A DNA stretch of 64,000 nt, from NCBI GenBank assembly GCA_021780375.1, contig JAJXYT010000111.1:10809-74808 (forward strand), written 5' to 3'. The stretch's first letter is position 1, and each line of letters opens with the position of its first letter. This stretch comes from a bacterium. GTDB lineage: Bacteria; Verrucomicrobiota; Verrucomicrobiia; Limisphaerales; UBA11358. Of this stretch, positions 62,111 to 64,000 are shown one piece after another. The position numbers were made by a program, and so were the translations under genes. Under the pieces are notes generated by a model. The model was not told the origin of the DNA. It ran no database searches and saw only the letters and a program-made list of their open reading frames with translations.

Positions 62111-62944
62111 TTACCGCAAATCCATCGGTTTCACGCCGTCCATGTCATCAAAGGTTTGGTTTTCGCCGGCCATGCCCCAGATGAACTTGTAATTGCCCGT
62201 GCCGCAGCCGCAATGAATGGACCAGTTCGGCGACAGCGCCACTTCTTCATTATGCAAAAACAGGTGCCGCGTCTGTTGCGGTTCGCCCATGAAATGGGTC
62301 AGCACGTTCTCGCCCAGATCGAAATAAAAATAAATCTCCGTGCGCCGCCAATGGGTGTGCGGTGGAAACGAATTCCACACATTCCCCGCCTCCAGGGCGG
62401 TGAAACCCATTACCAATTGGCAGCTCGGTATGCCGCCGGTATGAATGTATTTGTAAATCGTTCGCTGGTTGGCCGCCGCCGGCGAACCCAGCGGCACGGG
62501 TGACGCATCCTTTGGCTTCATGGTCGCGGCCGGATGGGTCGCGTGCGCCGGACAACTTAGAAAATAAAACCTGGCCGGATGTTTGGCGTCCTGGCTCTCG
62601 AACGTGACTGATTTGGATCCCATCGGCAGATAAACACAATCCAGCCGATCGAGCGAAAACGTTTTGCCATCGGCGTGGACCACACCCGGCCCGCCGACGT
62701 TGATGGCGCCCAGTTCGCGGCGCTCGAGGAAAAAGGCGCGGCCGGTTTCCTTGTGGTTCGGCAAGTCAATCGGCTGCAACGGCATGACGCCGCCGACAAC
62801 CAGACGGTCGAGATCGGTAAACACGCCGCGCAGTTCGCCCGGTGCGAAAAGGTGGGTGACGGCAAACGTATCGCGCAGCTGTTGGGTGGTCAGGGTTGCC
62901 GCATCCTGCGGACGCGGCATCCGGCGGATGGCGTTTTCGAACAT
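62111..62944 (-). CDS. kduI: 5-dehydro-4-deoxy-D-glucuronate isomerase
   Basis: FFLERRELGAINVGG...CQLVMGFTALEAGNVWNSFPPHTHWRRTEIYFYF...WGMAGENQTFDDMD is collinear with E. coli KduI. Confidence 0.9.
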   Translation of the reverse strand: MFENAIRRMPRPQDAATLTTQQLRDTFAVTHLFAPGELRGVFTDLDRLVVGGVMPLQPIDLPNHKETGRAFFLERRELGAINVGGPGVVHADGKTFSLDRLDCVYLPMGSKSVTFESQDAKHPARFYFLSCPAHATHPAATMKPKDASPVPLGSPAAANQRTIYKYIHTGGIPSCQLVMGFTALEAGNVWNSFPPHTHWRRTEIYFYFDLGENVLTHFMGEPQQTRHLFLHNEEVALSPNWSIHCGCGTGNYKFIWGMAGENQTFDDMDGVKPMDLR

Positions 62945-63190
62945 GCCCTCAGCTTGGCAAAAGTGAAACCGCCGGGCAAAACTTTTAACCGTGAATTAAC
63001 TGCCCGGCGAACTCAAAGTTCTCCCGGATGACTCATCTAGCTCCGGCGCGAACCAGGCCGGAACGATGTAGTCGAGCCCGACGGACAATGCCACGCCACC
63101 GATGTCGGCCAGGCGTCGCGCCCGTTTCCATCTAAAAAATCAAATCCTGCGCCGGCTCGCTCCAACCGGCATCGGACCCATGTGTTGACA

Positions 63191-63221
63191 GAAGCGGGGC
63201 GCATTGCGAGCACCCCGCTTC
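63191..63221 (-). terminator. hairpin downstream of the beta-strand-repeat gene
   Basis: GAAGCGGGG-13 nt-CCCCGCTTC, 35 nt past the stop at 63256. No clear U-tract. Confidence 0.4.
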
Positions 63222-63255
63222 CATTTCAAGACACGCCCGGCTGAGGCGATTTTCT

Positions 63256-64000
63256 TCAAGGATTGTAGTTGGTGCTGCTCAACATGAAGAATTGTTGAGG
63301 CGAGCCGGCGGTGATTACATTGGTGCCGATGAAGGTATAGGCACTTCCGCCCAGGACATTGGTTGCCACCGTCTTCCATTGGTTTAGCGGTTGGGCAATA
63401 TTGGTGGTCATCAACAGATAGGCCGTCGCGCCTGCCTGGCCGTTGGAGCCGTTGATGACCGCATTCGCACCCTGAGGACTGAAGCTGGTGATCAGCGGCG
63501 AGTTGGTAAGAACCACGTAGCCGAGGCTGACCTGAACACTTCCATCGGCAACCAGATTGTTGGCCCACGTCAATCCGCCTCCGGTCACTGTCAGCGCTGC
63601 GCCGTTCTCAACCGGGCCGCTGAAGATTTTGAACCTGTCACCCACTGCCAGAGGGGTCGCTCCGCTGTTGGTGATGGTCACCGTTCCGGTCCCGCCGTTG
63701 GTAATGGCGCCGGTGGCGGAGATCAGGTCATTCGATTGCGCAAGCGATTTATCCACGCGAATATGAACTTTGCCAGTGAGGTTCACGTTGCCGTTGACGG
63801 TGAACGTGCCGATGGCGCCCGCCGCGCCGCCGCCGATGGTTCCGCCGGAGCTCACCGTCAGCGGGCCGTTGATGCTCCCGCTGCCGGCCAGGAAGCCGGC
63901 GGAGACTGTAGTCGTATTGGTGTAGGTATTGGCGCCGTTCAAATAGACCGCGCCCGCGCCGGACACGAAGAATGCCGCAGTGGGGCCGGAAATGGCGCCG
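63256..64000 (-). CDS. autotransporter-associated beta-strand repeat protein (C-terminal part; 5' end outside the window)
   Basis: The frame stays open to the window edge. Gly/Thr/Asn-rich repeats (GAGAVYLNGANTYTNTTTVSAGFLAGSGSINGPLTV...). The C-terminal module ends QQFFMLSSTNYNP. Confidence 0.75.
   Translation of the reverse strand, partial: GAISGPTAAFFVSGAGAVYLNGANTYTNTTTVSAGFLAGSGSINGPLTVSSGGTIGGGAAGAIGTFTVNGNVNLTGKVHIRVDKSLAQSNDLISATGAITNGGTGTVTITNSGATPLAVGDRFKIFSGPVENGAALTVTGGGLTWANNLVADGSVQVSLGYVVLTNSPLITSFSPQGANAVINGSNGQAGATAYLLMTTNIAQPLNQWKTVATNVLGGSAYTFIGTNVITAGSPQQFFMLSSTNYNP

Noticed and set aside
62985-63140. Possible short gene or gene fragment between kduI and the beta-strand-repeat gene
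   Set aside because: Every frame I translated gave Arg/Gly-rich noise with early stops, with no signal peptide or motif.
1-64000. Search for CRISPR arrays, tRNA/rRNA genes, IS elements, integrases, toxin-antitoxin or defence-system genes
   Set aside because: I found no regularly spaced direct repeats, no cloverleaf-like or rRNA-like segments in the intergenic regions, and no transposase, integrase or nuclease-helicase signatures in any ORF. The only mobile-like signals are the miniature palindromic repeats reported above.

Overview
High-GC (~58-60%) bacterial chromosomal window. The gene content suggests Verrucomicrobiota or Planctomycetota: DUF1559 prepilin-like proteins, autotransporter-associated beta-strand repeats, and C-terminal ...FFRL modules. 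All calls come from reading the ORF translations and the DNA by eye, with no database search. I recognised no rRNA, tRNA, CRISPR array, transposase or prophage gene.

Layout:
- 1-998: 5' part of otsA on the minus strand.
- 1.6-24.4 kb: a plus-strand glycan-utilisation island. It holds two DUF1559 pseudopilin-like genes, a double-LamG protein, two paralogues of an unrecognised alpha/alpha-barrel-like family, two GH172/DUF2961 genes, an enlarged GH116, an FGE-domain fusion and a FucI-like isomerase. It surrounds one XylR/AraC-type regulator.
- 24.5-34.8 kb: PhoR/PhoB-like two-component pair, nnr, an LplT-PlsC-Aas triple fusion, a CHAD protein and a double-receiver protein.
- 34.9-40.2 kb: minus-strand lipoprotein / EEP / WD40 envelope cluster.
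- 40.3-48.2 kb: lipid head-group cluster (B12-radical SAM, PAP2/SMS-like, OMP, PlsC-like, CdsA, CDP-alcohol phosphatidyltransferase, small DMT protein) next to a divergent LysR regulator.
- 48.4-53.3 kb: pilMNOPQ.
- 53.3-56.5 kb: DUF971-mntR / mntH, usp and a VOC protein.
- 56.6-62.9 kb: eda plus the kduI-kduD-GH105-GH105/DUF4861 pectin module.
- 63.3-64.0 kb: partial beta-strand-repeat protein.

Most notable signals:
1. A ~42-nt promoter module occurs five times and heads every plus-strand operon of the glycan island.
2. A ~40-nt element occurs three times in the lipid cluster, including the LysR divergent region.
3. Palindromic repeat elements sit in frame inside nnr and aas. One 60-nt copy is shared between coding and intergenic DNA.
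4. The aas 3' end is duplicated around a ~485-nt insert.
5. A decayed ABC ATPase stub lies behind one of the five promoters.
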